Assembly (NCBI GenBank): GCA_048886185.1
Contig: JBHLKY010000016.1
Coordinates: 1 to 32,000, forward strand
DNA: 32,000 bases
DNA from: Candidatus Hermodarchaeota archaeon
GTDB taxonomy: Archaea; Asgardarchaeota; Heimdallarchaeia; Hodarchaeales; Hodarchaeaceae
Direction: 5' to 3'
In this document: positions 1-10,300 of the stretch, one piece after another
Position numbering within the stretch: the stretch's first letter is position 1
Layout of the letters: each line of letters opens with the position of its first letter
Translations under genes and position numbers: made by a program
Notes under the pieces: generated by a model
The model's input: only the letters and a program-made list of their open reading frames with translations
Told to the model about the DNA's origin: nothing
Database searches by the model: none

Positions 1-149
1 AATATCTCGGGCAAGAAACAATGTATCTACCTCATCAAACGAATACTTATTCGCACCTCGATTATATTGAGCGTAGATCGGTTCTAATCTCAAATTATAG
101 TAATCACCATAGTAATAAAGTCGAATAGTAAGCGATCGGGTTTTAACAC

Positions 150-339
150 TTATTTTATCACAAATATGATGATAAACACACCGACTAACGTAAGTACTCC
201 CCCTCCAATACCTAATACGATTATCGTATTTTCCTCGGTAGTTAATCCTGTTTGGAAATGCAATACTTGTATAAATAAACCAACCAATAGACATGGGAGT
301 CCAAATACCACAACATGTGCTATTCAATCGTTTCAACAT
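150..339 (-). pseudogene. Small two-TM membrane protein, apparently interrupted by a 1-nt insertion near 324 (or intact from GTG at 311, 53 aa)
   Basis: Not in ORF track. Minus strand reads ATG TTG AAA CGA TTG A ATA GCA CAT GTT GTG.. Removing one A gives MLKRLIAHVVVFGLPCLLVGLFIQVLHFQTGLTTEENTIIVLGIGGGVLTLVGVFIIIFVIK* (62 aa, two hydrophobic helices, TAA at 150-152). Lies directly downstream of the permease. Confidence 0.4.
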
Positions 340-388
340 TGATTAGACAGATGTTTAAAAATTCTCTCCCGTTTATTTGATGTTTCTC

Positions 389-1780
389 TTAAAGAATTCC
401 AAATGTTGAGAGGGCAATTAGATAAATTGTACCTATTAGAAGATGAAGAAAACCTAGCAGAGCACCTACCTTAAGAAATTGTACAAATGTGATTTCTGCC
501 CCTTCCCGATTGGACAGATTAATTGCGAGGATATTTGCAGGACTTCCAATTGGAAGAATATATCCTCCCAGGTTCACAGCGATAACTAATGTCCACCATT
601 GGATTGAACCGATGATACCAGCATTTTGAAGATCAAAGAAAACAGGAGCTAACGCAGCTGAGATTGGAATATTGTCAACAACGGCTGAGATTGCGCCTAT
701 TCCGAATGAGATGAAGGGGAGTGAGAAAATAAGAGGAAGCTCAAGAAATGGAGTTAGAAGTTCTCCTAGAAGTTCCAATAAATAGAGAATTTCAATTGAA
801 CCGACTAAGATGAAAAGTCCGATAATAAAATAGACTGAGATCCATTCTACATCTCTGAAAATTTCTTTTGGGTGCATTCCTGAGAAAAGGAGTAAACCTG
901 CAGCTATCAGCAGTGCAATTTCAGCAGCTTTTAAGTTCAGAACACTGCCAAAGATAAATCCCATTACCAATACAAACAACCCCACTATTACCACATAAAA
1001 TGTTCTTTTATCTTCAACGAGGACATTTGGGTCTAGTAGGAAAATCTCTTTGACCAAGGTGGTAGGGGGATCCGAAAATGTCTTTTTTGCCGTAAGATAG
1101 TAAATAGGTAGAGCTGTAGCAAATAACATAAGACTTAGAGGCCCCATTACTATTAAAAAGTCGAGAAATGTTGCACCGCTCTTATCTGCTAAAACTATGT
1201 TCGGAATACTCCCTACCAAGGATGGAATTGATGCAAAATTAGCAGTAATTGCTTCTACAATGAGAGTAGGCCGAAAGTCAAATTCAAGAATCTTATATAT
1301 TTCAACTGTTAGTGGTGCGATTATTAACATAGTAGTGATGACATCAAATACGAAACTGATGATAAAGGTGAGCATGGATAATGAGAGTAGTAATGTTTTC
1401 GGATTTCCTTTTGTGAATCGGACAATTATGATGCTAATATACTGGAAAAGGCCTGAACGGCTTGAGATTATCGTGATAATCATCATTGCGGTGATAAAAA
1501 GGAGTGTGTTCCATTCAACTCTTGAGACAATAGTATGGAATGTTGTTACTTCACCTTGGTATTCCCACTCTGTAACAATCAATAAAATTGAAATAATACT
1601 GGCTCCCAGAAGAGCTGAGATTGGTCTATGTAATTTCTCTGTAGAAATCAGAATATAGGTTCCTACGAAGATTATCAGACCAATCAATTGCACAGGATGT
1701 AAAGCGATAACCAAACCACCCGAAATAGTGTTTTCATTTAATCTCCTATATAGAATGGACGACTTAAGCGATTCCAGCAT
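389..1780 (-). CDS. ArsB/NhaD (ion transporter superfamily, SLC13/P-protein-like) permease
   Basis: About 11-12 hydrophobic segments; motifs VEWNTLLF, VGSIPNI, SAVVDNIP, LPIGSPAN typical of ArsB/NhaD permeases. Start moved from the ORF-track 1885 to ATG at 1780; the true start may be further downstream. Substrate unknown. Confidence 0.8.
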   Translation of the reverse strand: MLESLKSSILYRRLNENTISGGLVIALHPVQLIGLIIFVGTYILISTEKLHRPISALLGASIISILLIVTEWEYQGEVTTFHTIVSRVEWNTLLFITAMMIITIISSRSGLFQYISIIIVRFTKGNPKTLLLSLSMLTFIISFVFDVITTMLIIAPLTVEIYKILEFDFRPTLIVEAITANFASIPSLVGSIPNIVLADKSGATFLDFLIVMGPLSLMLFATALPIYYLTAKKTFSDPPTTLVKEIFLLDPNVLVEDKRTFYVVIVGLFVLVMGFIFGSVLNLKAAEIALLIAAGLLLFSGMHPKEIFRDVEWISVYFIIGLFILVGSIEILYLLELLGELLTPFLELPLIFSLPFISFGIGAISAVVDNIPISAALAPVFFDLQNAGIIGSIQWWTLVIAVNLGGYILPIGSPANILAINLSNREGAEITFVQFLKVGALLGFLHLLIGTIYLIALSTFGIL

Positions 1781-2035
1781 GAAGGCTTGTTGATACAAGC
1801 AAAGGATATTAACATTATAAAGACAATTATATGCTATATGAAAACTTTCAATAATTGATAAAGATATGACATTCCAATAAGTCAAAAGGAATGGAATTCC
1901 TCATATGAATCACGATAAACTTTTTTTTACATAACATTCATGTTTGACGTTAGCAATACATTATAGTTAAAGAATTGATTTAAATGATTAATTGTAATTA
2001 TCATTGAAAATCATTCTCATCAGAGTTGTTTTCAA

Positions 2036-3448
2036 ATGGAAGAAATTATTCATACTGAAATTGCCATCCTAGGGGGTGGCCCTGCAGGGTACGTGGCAGC
2101 TATTAGAGCATCTCAATTAAAAGCAAAAGGTATTGTATTGATTGAAAAAGGCCAGATTGGAGGCACTTGTCTTAATCGAGGGTGTATTCCTACAAAAGTG
2201 TTCGTTGAGTCTGCAAAACGATGTAAGGCTCTAAGAGAAATGTCTCGGTTTGGATTGCAGTCTGAGTATCTCGGGGTCGATTTTTCTAGTATTCAAAAGA
2301 GAAAAAACATGATTGTTCGACGTCTTGGGAAAGGGATCGATTATTTGTTAGAGAATGGTAATGTTCGTGTGCTAAATGGAGAAGGAAGATTCATTGATCC
2401 TCACACTATCTTTGTAACAGCAATAGATAAACAATACCGTGTTTCTGCTGAAAAGATAATAATAACAACTGGGAGTAAACCCTTTTTTGTTCCTATCCCT
2501 GGAATCGACGGTGCAAAAGTCCTAACAAGTGAAAAATTACTTGAATTACAACAAATTCCTGAGAGCTTGATCGTGATTGGTGGAGGCGCGATCGGTGGAG
2601 AGTTTGCATGTGTTTTTAGATGCTTTGAGGAGACAGATGTCACTATTGTTGAAATGCTTCCACGTTTAATCCCAATGGAAGACCCTGATCTCAGTGCGGA
2701 ACTTGAAGCTTCATTTAAAAGAACTGGAATCAAAGTTCATACCAGTTCTCGTGTCACCCGCATCTCAGATACCCCTGTTGGTAGAAAAAGAGTAACTTTT
2801 ATTGATGCTGAAAAAAACGAACGAAATATTGAGGCTGATTATATCTTGGTGTCAATCGGCCGAGCTCCAGAGATGAGTCGATTGAATCTTGATAAGATAG
2901 GAATTGAACATGATCGTGGAATTATTGTCAACACAAAGATGGAAACTAATATTCCTGGAATCTATGCTGCTGGTGATGTAGTTCAAGGAGTACCATCACC
3001 AATGTTGGCGTACACTGCATCTCATGAGGGAGAAGTAGCTGTCGAAAATGCGTTGGGTCATGAAACTGAAATGAGTTATCACGCTATTCCTACAACAATA
3101 TTTACCAATCCTGAGATTGCTTCTGTGGGATTGTCTGAGGAGAAAGCGAGAGAAAAGTATAGTGAGATCCTTATTGGGAAGTTTCCTTTTCAGGGAAATG
3201 GTAGAGCAGTTATTTCTGGCCAAAATCGTGGATTTGTAAAGGTAATTCTTGATGCTGAAAGTACTGAAATAGTAGGTGTACATATTATTGGTCCTAATGC
3301 GACCGAGTTAATCGCAGAAGGTGCCTTAGCAGTTGGTAACCATATGAAGGCAGAGGATATTATTAAAATCGAACACTCACATCCAGTATATTATGAAACG
3401 ATCAAAGAAGCAGTCCTTTGTGCTCTAGGCCGAGCTATTCATACATAA
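2036..3448 (+). CDS. lpdA: Dihydrolipoamide dehydrogenase (E3 / glycine cleavage L protein)
   Basis: FAD motif GGGPAG, redox disulfide GGTCLNRGCIP, NAD motif GGGAIGGE, YAAGD, C-terminal HPVYYE His-Glu pair; 470 aa. Confidence 0.93.
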   Translation: MEEIIHTEIAILGGGPAGYVAAIRASQLKAKGIVLIEKGQIGGTCLNRGCIPTKVFVESAKRCKALREMSRFGLQSEYLGVDFSSIQKRKNMIVRRLGKGIDYLLENGNVRVLNGEGRFIDPHTIFVTAIDKQYRVSAEKIIITTGSKPFFVPIPGIDGAKVLTSEKLLELQQIPESLIVIGGGAIGGEFACVFRCFEETDVTIVEMLPRLIPMEDPDLSAELEASFKRTGIKVHTSSRVTRISDTPVGRKRVTFIDAEKNERNIEADYILVSIGRAPEMSRLNLDKIGIEHDRGIIVNTKMETNIPGIYAAGDVVQGVPSPMLAYTASHEGEVAVENALGHETEMSYHAIPTTIFTNPEIASVGLSEEKAREKYSEILIGKFPFQGNGRAVISGQNRGFVKVILDAESTEIVGVHIIGPNATELIAEGALAVGNHMKAEDIIKIEHSHPVYYETIKEAVLCALGRAIHT

Positions 3449-3491
3449 TTGTTTTTTACTTTAGTGTCATGAGTGATGTTCTTCCCCCAAC

Positions 3492-5510
3492 TCACTTTTT
3501 TCTTTCAATTACCTTAGGAGTTCTCTTCATATTTGGATTTTCTAGCTCTATGATCATATCTCGTATTTCTGCAGCTTTTTCAAACTCAAGATTCTTCGCA
3601 GCTAGCTGCATTTCCTCTTTTAAGGCCTTAAGATACTCTGGAAGATCTTCTGCTGAGATTTTCTGGTGTTTGATATTCGTAAAGGATGTTTGTAACTCAA
3701 TGAGTGGAGATCTTACCTCTTTGATTATTGTTTGTGGGGATATCCCCATTTTTTCATTATAATCTAGTTGCTTACGACGACGTCTTTTGGTTTCAGCAAT
3801 CGCCATTTCCATGGATTCAGATATTTTGTCTGCATAGAAAACTACTCGCCCATTTACATTTCGAGCGGCACGACCAATGGTTTGTATAAGAGATTGTTCA
3901 TTTCTAAGAAATCCTTGTTTATCTGCATCTAGAATCGCAACCAAAGAAACTTCTGGTAAGTCGAGTCCCTCTCGTAAAAGATTGATTCCAACAAGAACAT
4001 CGAACTCCCCTAATCTTAATGATCGCAAAATATCAGTTCTTTCCAGCGTTTTTATCTCTGAATGCAAATAACGTGCTTTTATATCTATTTCATCAAGATA
4101 ATCTGCAAGATTTTCAGCCATTCGTTTGGTTAGGGTAGTTACTAGTGTACGTTCTTTTCGTTCTGTTGTTTGACGTATTTCGCTTATTAGATCATCAATC
4201 GGATTCTCAAGTTTTATCTTTACTTCAATCTCTGGATCAACTAGTCCTGTAGGGCGAATTATTTGCTCTATTACACCTTCTTTTGCACTTTTTTTCAGAG
4301 CATATGGGCCTGGTGTTGCACTCACAAAGATAGTCAGTCCCATTCGAGCTTCAAATTCTCTAAAAGTAAGAGGTCGATGATCAAAAGCAGAGGGTAATCG
4401 AAATCCATAATCTACCAGGTTCTTTTTTCGAGAAAAATCTCCTTCTCTCATCCCTCCAATTTGGGGGATTGTCATGTGAGACTCGTCAATGATGAGAAGA
4501 TAGTCTTTAGGAAAAAAATCCATCAATGTTGAAGGAGGTTCTCCTTCAGCTCGCATATCGAAGTATCGAGAATAATTTTCTATACCTGGGCAATAACCAA
4601 TCTCTTCTAAAAGTTCTAAATCATACAATGTACGTTGTTGTAGTCTGTGGGCTTCAATTATCTTATTTTGTTGTCTTAATTCTTTGAGTCGAAGTCTTAA
4701 TTCTTCTCGGATACTACTAAGTGCCGCTCTAAGTTCTTCTTTAGGCCTGACATAATGCTTTGCAGGGAAAACGATAACACGATTGAGTTCAACTAAAGTT
4801 TTACCCGAAATAGGGTGAATCTGGGAAATTCGATCTACCTCATCACCAAAAAGCTCAATTCTCACTGCAACCTTTTCTTCATAAGTTGGCCAGACATCAA
4901 TCGTGTCTCCCCGTATCCGGATTTTCCCTCGTAATAATGCTTGATCACGTTCATACTGAATATCAATTAGTCTAGAAAGAATCATCTTTTTAGATATACT
5001 CATACCTTTTTCTACAAATAGACTCATGCTCTTATACGTCTCAGGTGACCCAAGGCCATAAATGCAGCTGACACTTGCAATTACTATCACATCATCGCGT
5101 ACAAGAAGGCTTCTTGTTGTTGAAGCCCTCATCTTCTCTATCTCTTCATTAATATTAAAATCCTTTTCAATATAGCGATCTGTGGTTGGAAGGTATGCTT
5201 CAGGCTGATAATAATCATAGTACGAGACGAAGTACTCTACAGCGTTATGAGGGAAATACTCTTTGAACTCCTGATACAATTGTGCAGCAAGGGTTTTGTT
5301 ATGAGAGATAACTAAGGTGGGTTTCTGGACTGTTTCAATGACATTCGCAATAGTAAAAGTTTTCCCGCTACCAGTGACTCCTAAAAGAGTTTGGTTCTTT
5401 GCATTCTTTTCCTTTATACCTTGCACAAGTTTTTCAATGGCTGATATTTGGTCGCCACGTGGCTCATAGGGAGATATTAGTTGAAATTCTGGCAGAATTA
5501 TTCTCTCCAA
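3492..5510 (-). CDS. uvrB: Excinuclease ABC subunit B
   Basis: GVTGSGKT Walker A, YYDYYQPEAY beta-hairpin, DESH, GINLLREGLDLPEV, QTIGRAARN, C-terminal UVR coil (AAKNLEFEKAAEIRD); TTG start. Confidence 0.97.
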   Translation of the reverse strand: MERIILPEFQLISPYEPRGDQISAIEKLVQGIKEKNAKNQTLLGVTGSGKTFTIANVIETVQKPTLVISHNKTLAAQLYQEFKEYFPHNAVEYFVSYYDYYQPEAYLPTTDRYIEKDFNINEEIEKMRASTTRSLLVRDDVIVIASVSCIYGLGSPETYKSMSLFVEKGMSISKKMILSRLIDIQYERDQALLRGKIRIRGDTIDVWPTYEEKVAVRIELFGDEVDRISQIHPISGKTLVELNRVIVFPAKHYVRPKEELRAALSSIREELRLRLKELRQQNKIIEAHRLQQRTLYDLELLEEIGYCPGIENYSRYFDMRAEGEPPSTLMDFFPKDYLLIIDESHMTIPQIGGMREGDFSRKKNLVDYGFRLPSAFDHRPLTFREFEARMGLTIFVSATPGPYALKKSAKEGVIEQIIRPTGLVDPEIEVKIKLENPIDDLISEIRQTTERKERTLVTTLTKRMAENLADYLDEIDIKARYLHSEIKTLERTDILRSLRLGEFDVLVGINLLREGLDLPEVSLVAILDADKQGFLRNEQSLIQTIGRAARNVNGRVVFYADKISESMEMAIAETKRRRRKQLDYNEKMGISPQTIIKEVRSPLIELQTSFTNIKHQKISAEDLPEYLKALKEEMQLAAKNLEFEKAAEIRDMIIELENPNMKRTPKVIERKK

Positions 5511-5702
5511 CTTGAAGCTGTTGGTTTTTCTTAACTTACTCCTGCTTAATTCAGATTCATAAATGACTGCTTTGGGGTAAATTCGGTTTCGGTTACTATT
5601 TGATTATATCAATTAGTTTTTAAATGACATTTCTTTTTGATTGTCACAATATAGAGACAGTAGAGTGACTCCGGCGATTAATGCCAAATACGAGGTTCCA
5701 GT

Positions 5703-6377
5703 GTGTTTGATCGTGATATACGTGTAACGGTATTAGGAAATACAGGCGTGGGGAAGACAACGTTAATTAACAGGATGACGGGGACAGATGTTCACAAAGT
5801 TGTAAGTAAAAAGACTTTAGAAATTAATATCGAGGAAAAGAAAATCAAATTGAAGAGTTCTGAAGCATACCCTTGGTATTCACCTGAAAAACATCGAAAT
5901 TATCGAATAATTGCAATAGATAACCCAGGTGACTTCAAGCTCCGTCGTAAATGGCGTGAGGCAATGCGAAAGTTTAAAACTGATGGTATGCTCTTCCTAC
6001 TTGATCCTGAACAATCTGTTGAGGTACAACGGGTAGCAATGGAGGACAGCTATAACTATTTTCTGGATTCACTTCATTTAAAGCCAGAAAAAGCTGATAA
6101 AAAAGCGAGAGAGACTAAATATATATTCCATTTCGTTGTTAATAAATGTGATCGATTTTTACAAGAGAAAAAAGATAAGAACACATTTAGAATGAGCTCT
6201 TCTGTTAAAGAAAAAGCAGTAGACTTTCTAAGTCGCTTTGGGCCTACAATGGATGAATTTAAGATTACATTTCCTCTCTCAAGATTTGGGATTTCTTATA
6301 TCTCCGCTCTTTATAGTCCCTACAAAGATTTAGACAAGTTGTTTGAAATCCTTAAAGTTTATATTTATCAGACATAA
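5703..6377 (+). CDS. Divergent small GTPase (Ras superfamily; Arf/SR-beta-like features)
   Basis: G1 GNTGVGKT, G3 DNPG, G4 NKCD, G5-like ISAL; helix LRRKW followed by GMLFLLD resembles Arf-type switch II/beta4. GAGGT ribosome site before GTG. Confidence 0.8.
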   Translation: MFDRDIRVTVLGNTGVGKTTLINRMTGTDVHKVVSKKTLEINIEEKKIKLKSSEAYPWYSPEKHRNYRIIAIDNPGDFKLRRKWREAMRKFKTDGMLFLLDPEQSVEVQRVAMEDSYNYFLDSLHLKPEKADKKARETKYIFHFVVNKCDRFLQEKKDKNTFRMSSSVKEKAVDFLSRFGPTMDEFKITFPLSRFGISYISALYSPYKDLDKLFEILKVYIYQT

Positions 6378-6389
6378 AAATAATTAAAT

Positions 6390-7214
6390 CTATAGTCTAA
6401 TTCTATTTAAATCAACTAATAATCCAATCTTTTCAGCAATTTGCTCTGAATCTATTTTCATAGGCTTTATCTTTAGTTCAATACTTTTCTTTTGTATATT
6501 GAGGTCAAGATATTCTTTCATTGAATTAAGTATGCGTATTTTTCGTAGTATTGGAGAAAATATGCTGAAAGATAAGTGTTGATGGTCTGAAACCTCTTTG
6601 GCTTGACTGAGGAGAATCGTTAACAGATCATCATGAAGTCTGAAGAATCTGGGAAAGTCACGAGAAAAAGTTCCAATAATTGAATTGGTTTCTTCAGTTC
6701 GTTTGTGTATGGAGGCAACAAATCTTCTTTTGAAGGGGATAAAGACATTTTCATCAAAAGTTGTAATTGTGGTGTTCATGGTGTCCTCAATAGACATTGA
6801 TCTTCTATAGAATTCTTCGTAGATGGAGTCAGGAAGCATTCTTAATTTATAGAAACCTGAATCAAATTGTTTCATTGTGAACGGGAGGATTTTTCCAAAA
6901 ATAAAATCTATTAGTAAATCCTCTTTTCTTTTTCCATCAATTGAAAAGCAAATTTCCGTCATCCCCTCACAAAGACGATGAAATAATTGAAATGCATCCA
7001 TCTTCACATAAGACGGTAATTCTGTCATCACCCCTGTTCCCTCCTGTGGATGCAGGACTAGGAAATTAGTGGTTAGGCTATTGACTTTATATTGAATTAG
7101 ATTTGAGGAGATTTCAAAATAGCCCCTTTTAGTGACGATTACCTGTTTCTTCCCTTCAATTTTAAAAGGGGGACACATTATGAAGAAGTGTGTTGTATTC
7201 GTCAAATAACTCAC
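6390..7214 (-). CDS. Hypothetical protein
   Basis: 274-codon ORF with no recognised motif. A GGAGG site precedes GTG/ATG at 7031/7028, so the real protein may be about 212 aa. Confidence 0.65.
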   Translation of the reverse strand: MSYLTNTTHFFIMCPPFKIEGKKQVIVTKRGYFEISSNLIQYKVNSLTTNFLVLHPQEGTGVMTELPSYVKMDAFQLFHRLCEGMTEICFSIDGKRKEDLLIDFIFGKILPFTMKQFDSGFYKLRMLPDSIYEEFYRRSMSIEDTMNTTITTFDENVFIPFKRRFVASIHKRTEETNSIIGTFSRDFPRFFRLHDDLLTILLSQAKEVSDHQHLSFSIFSPILRKIRILNSMKEYLDLNIQKKSIELKIKPMKIDSEQIAEKIGLLVDLNRIRL

Positions 7215-7336
7215 CTTGTATCAGAATTAAAGAACATAAGTTATATTTTTTTTAATTCTTTTTGCCAGTATCTGTAGTTTTAAGTTATATCTTTTTCAAA
7301 TGTTAATATAATTACTGGCCATTCGTCCTGACTAGG

Positions 7337-10300
7337 GTGAAAGCAATGACTAAAGACATTCATACAAAAGATCCCATCCCAAATATAACTAAACATCAAG
7401 CCACACAAATGGAAAACATGGAAGTTCTATATCCCAATACTGTCCAAATGACGAAAATTCGGGAAATACAACCTACTTTAGAAGATTCTAGACGACTTGC
7501 TAATTGTGTGAATGAATGGTCAGACGATGACAGCTGGGGTGGGGGATTTGGTACTACTGAATTCACTGGAGAGAGAATACTCAAAGAATGGTTTGCAACA
7601 AAGCTAACAAGGCGAATGGTTGTTGATGAGCAAGGAATTATCCAAGGATATTGTTCTATTGATGATCATTGGACTGATCAAGATGCAATGTATGCTGAGC
7701 TGTTAGGAGTTCGTCCATCTCAGCAGAAAAAGGGTTTCGGGAAAGCTTTGTTATTAAAAGCTGTTGAAACAGCAACTCAATATGGTAAACGACGTTTAGA
7801 TCTACATACATGGGCTGGAAACCTTCGTGCGGTTCCTGTTTATAAAAAAACAGGTTTTATGTGGCGTCCTAAAACTTCTGTACTGATGGAAAATTTTATT
7901 CCTGCAATCCTGAACACAGCTTTTTTCAGACCATTTTTCAGTCAAAATGAATGGTACCAGTCACGTGAACTTACCGTAACCCAAAAACCAGATAAATATG
8001 AAACTAAAGGTATAAAATCCTATTTTTATCGTTTTATACAAGATGATCAAAATTCCTTAACTGTGTATGTAGATCGTCACGTTAAAGAGATCTCAGGATT
8101 CTCTTATGTTGTTAATGGGGAAGAACTTTTTGTACAGCTAGTCCCCAATCTACATGAAGTATTCTTTGGAATTGATTCGACTAGAGCTGAACTAAGAATT
8201 AAGAACCTTTCTCAAAGGCCTATTATAATTAAAGGTAGCTTTACTTTTTTCAAAGGTATTAATACGGTTTCCATTGAATCAATACATGAAGTTGTTAAAG
8301 CTAAATCTGAAAAACAGATCTCTATTGATGTTAAACTAAACCCAAGGGTTGAAACTTATATTCCAGATCAAAAACCTTGGAAACGAACCGATTGTCGTCT
8401 TTATGGGAACCTCGAAATAGACAGCAAAGAAGTTCAATTAGCAGTAGGATGGGTTCCCAAACAATCTTTGCAAGTAATAATGAGTAACCCCTCTGCTTAC
8501 TTCGGAAGACATAAAAAACAGATAGTTATTCCTGTGGGATTTCGTAACATTATGGATCGTTCATTTGATGGACGGGCCGAAATCACTGGAGAAGGGTTAC
8601 CTATTCCTCATGAAGTTAGAATTGACTCTTTAAAACCTGGTGATGCTATTGAAACTCGAGTAAAGATTCCAAGACCAAAAGAATCGACAGTTACAGCATG
8701 GAGATGGAATATCAAATTATATCAACAGAAATCTGATGGAGAATCAGCTCTTCCTTCAATAATTCGGCATATTAGTTGTTACACTAAAGTGGGTGCTGTT
8801 GCTTATATTAATCCTCATAAAGCAGCAGTAATCGAAAATGAACAGATTCGATTTGAATTTAGCCTAAATGAGACAAATGAACTACATACTATAATATCGA
8901 AGGATGTGGGGGAATTTAGATTTATGACTTTTGGGATAAACATTGGTAAACCGTTTCCAGCCGAATCTTCTGAGTTTTGGAGGCTTGATCGGCCATATAA
9001 AATCATACATCGTGACTCCGGGATTTCTTTTAAGCAAGAGATGCTAAGCGAAGTCGAAAAACCAGGATTACATGTTACAAGGTGGATCCATGTTGACGCT
9101 GGGAAACCATTTATCTCATGTAATTACGAGATGACAAATACTTCTAATCTCACAATAAAAAATATCGCTATTCGTCATTGGAGTTCTTGGAGAACTCCAA
9201 GAATTTTGATAGGAAAATATACACTACCACTTAAGTCTGGCTGGCTTGTTTCAGATGATCCTGAATTCAATGATAATTTCGATTTTCCTCAAAATGCTGA
9301 TGAGTATGCTGAATCATGGTTAACAAAAGAGAATACGCTTGGTTTTGGATGTGGACTTATTTGGGATTCCTCTGAGGTTGAATCAATTCATGGAAATCCG
9401 TTTAATGGGCCAATAATAGATACTAGAACCTATAAGCTACAGCCAGGAGAATCAATCACCTTGGGAAACTTTACATGGGTTTTTGGAAGGTCGATCGTTA
9501 GCTTAACTCGTAACATCTGGTTGAATGAGTTTAATGATAACAAAACTTCCCCTATTGAAGAAACCACAATCGAATATTGTAATTTTCCTCTTGAAATCCG
9601 TTTTGGGCAAGGCCTAACAATTCCTGAGGTGACAAAGAATCCATTGCCAAGTCTAAATTGGATAGATTTGGATTCCACTACTGTTCCATTAGAAATCTTT
9701 TATTACATTCACCGTGAAACGCCAATAGAAGCCCAAATTGATCTCGAAAGTACTTTATGGGATTCTCCACTTCAATGGAAGACAAAGCTTGAAGCTAGAA
9801 ATAAACCATTCCTAAAAGAAATCTTACTAGATAAGCATTCAGATTCCCAAATTATTACTTTCAATGGGAAAATCCATCTCCCTTATACTTCTCGTCCTTT
9901 TTCTGGGGCAGTTATTCCTTTTAAGAGTTCAGGAAAAGTAACACTTGAAAGAATCGGTGGAAGTTGGCTTTTCTCAAACAATTTGTTGTCTTTTCAAACG
10001 AGTGCGACCCATGGTGCAAGTTTGTACTCAGGCAAAATCTTGAACAGAGAAGAGTTGTTTTTCTCACGTTTTCCTAACAGGGAATCTTTTGTGTGGTTCA
10101 AACGATTTATTGGCGGATTTCATCCTTTTATCAAGCCTTTATATGATTGGGATTGGTTAGAATTTCTTGATAATGTTTGGATTGGCCCTACTCTTGTTAA
10201 AAAAGATGATTGGTTTTGTTTGACTTATCAACTGAACTCTCCAGTCAATGATTTCCGTTTGAAGGACATTGCTTGTAAAATTACTTACTATACTCGGTTT

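Noticed and set aside
1-339. 113-codon minus-strand frame from ATG 339 open to the window edge
   Set aside because: Its first 65 codons have the odd Cys/Trp/Tyr/Arg composition expected of a shadow frame of the two-TM ORF; no motif recognised; truncated, so not called as a CDS.
1781-1885. N-terminal 35 codons of the ORF-track permease
   Set aside because: AT-rich, promoter-like sequence in the divergent intergenic region; unlikely to be translated.
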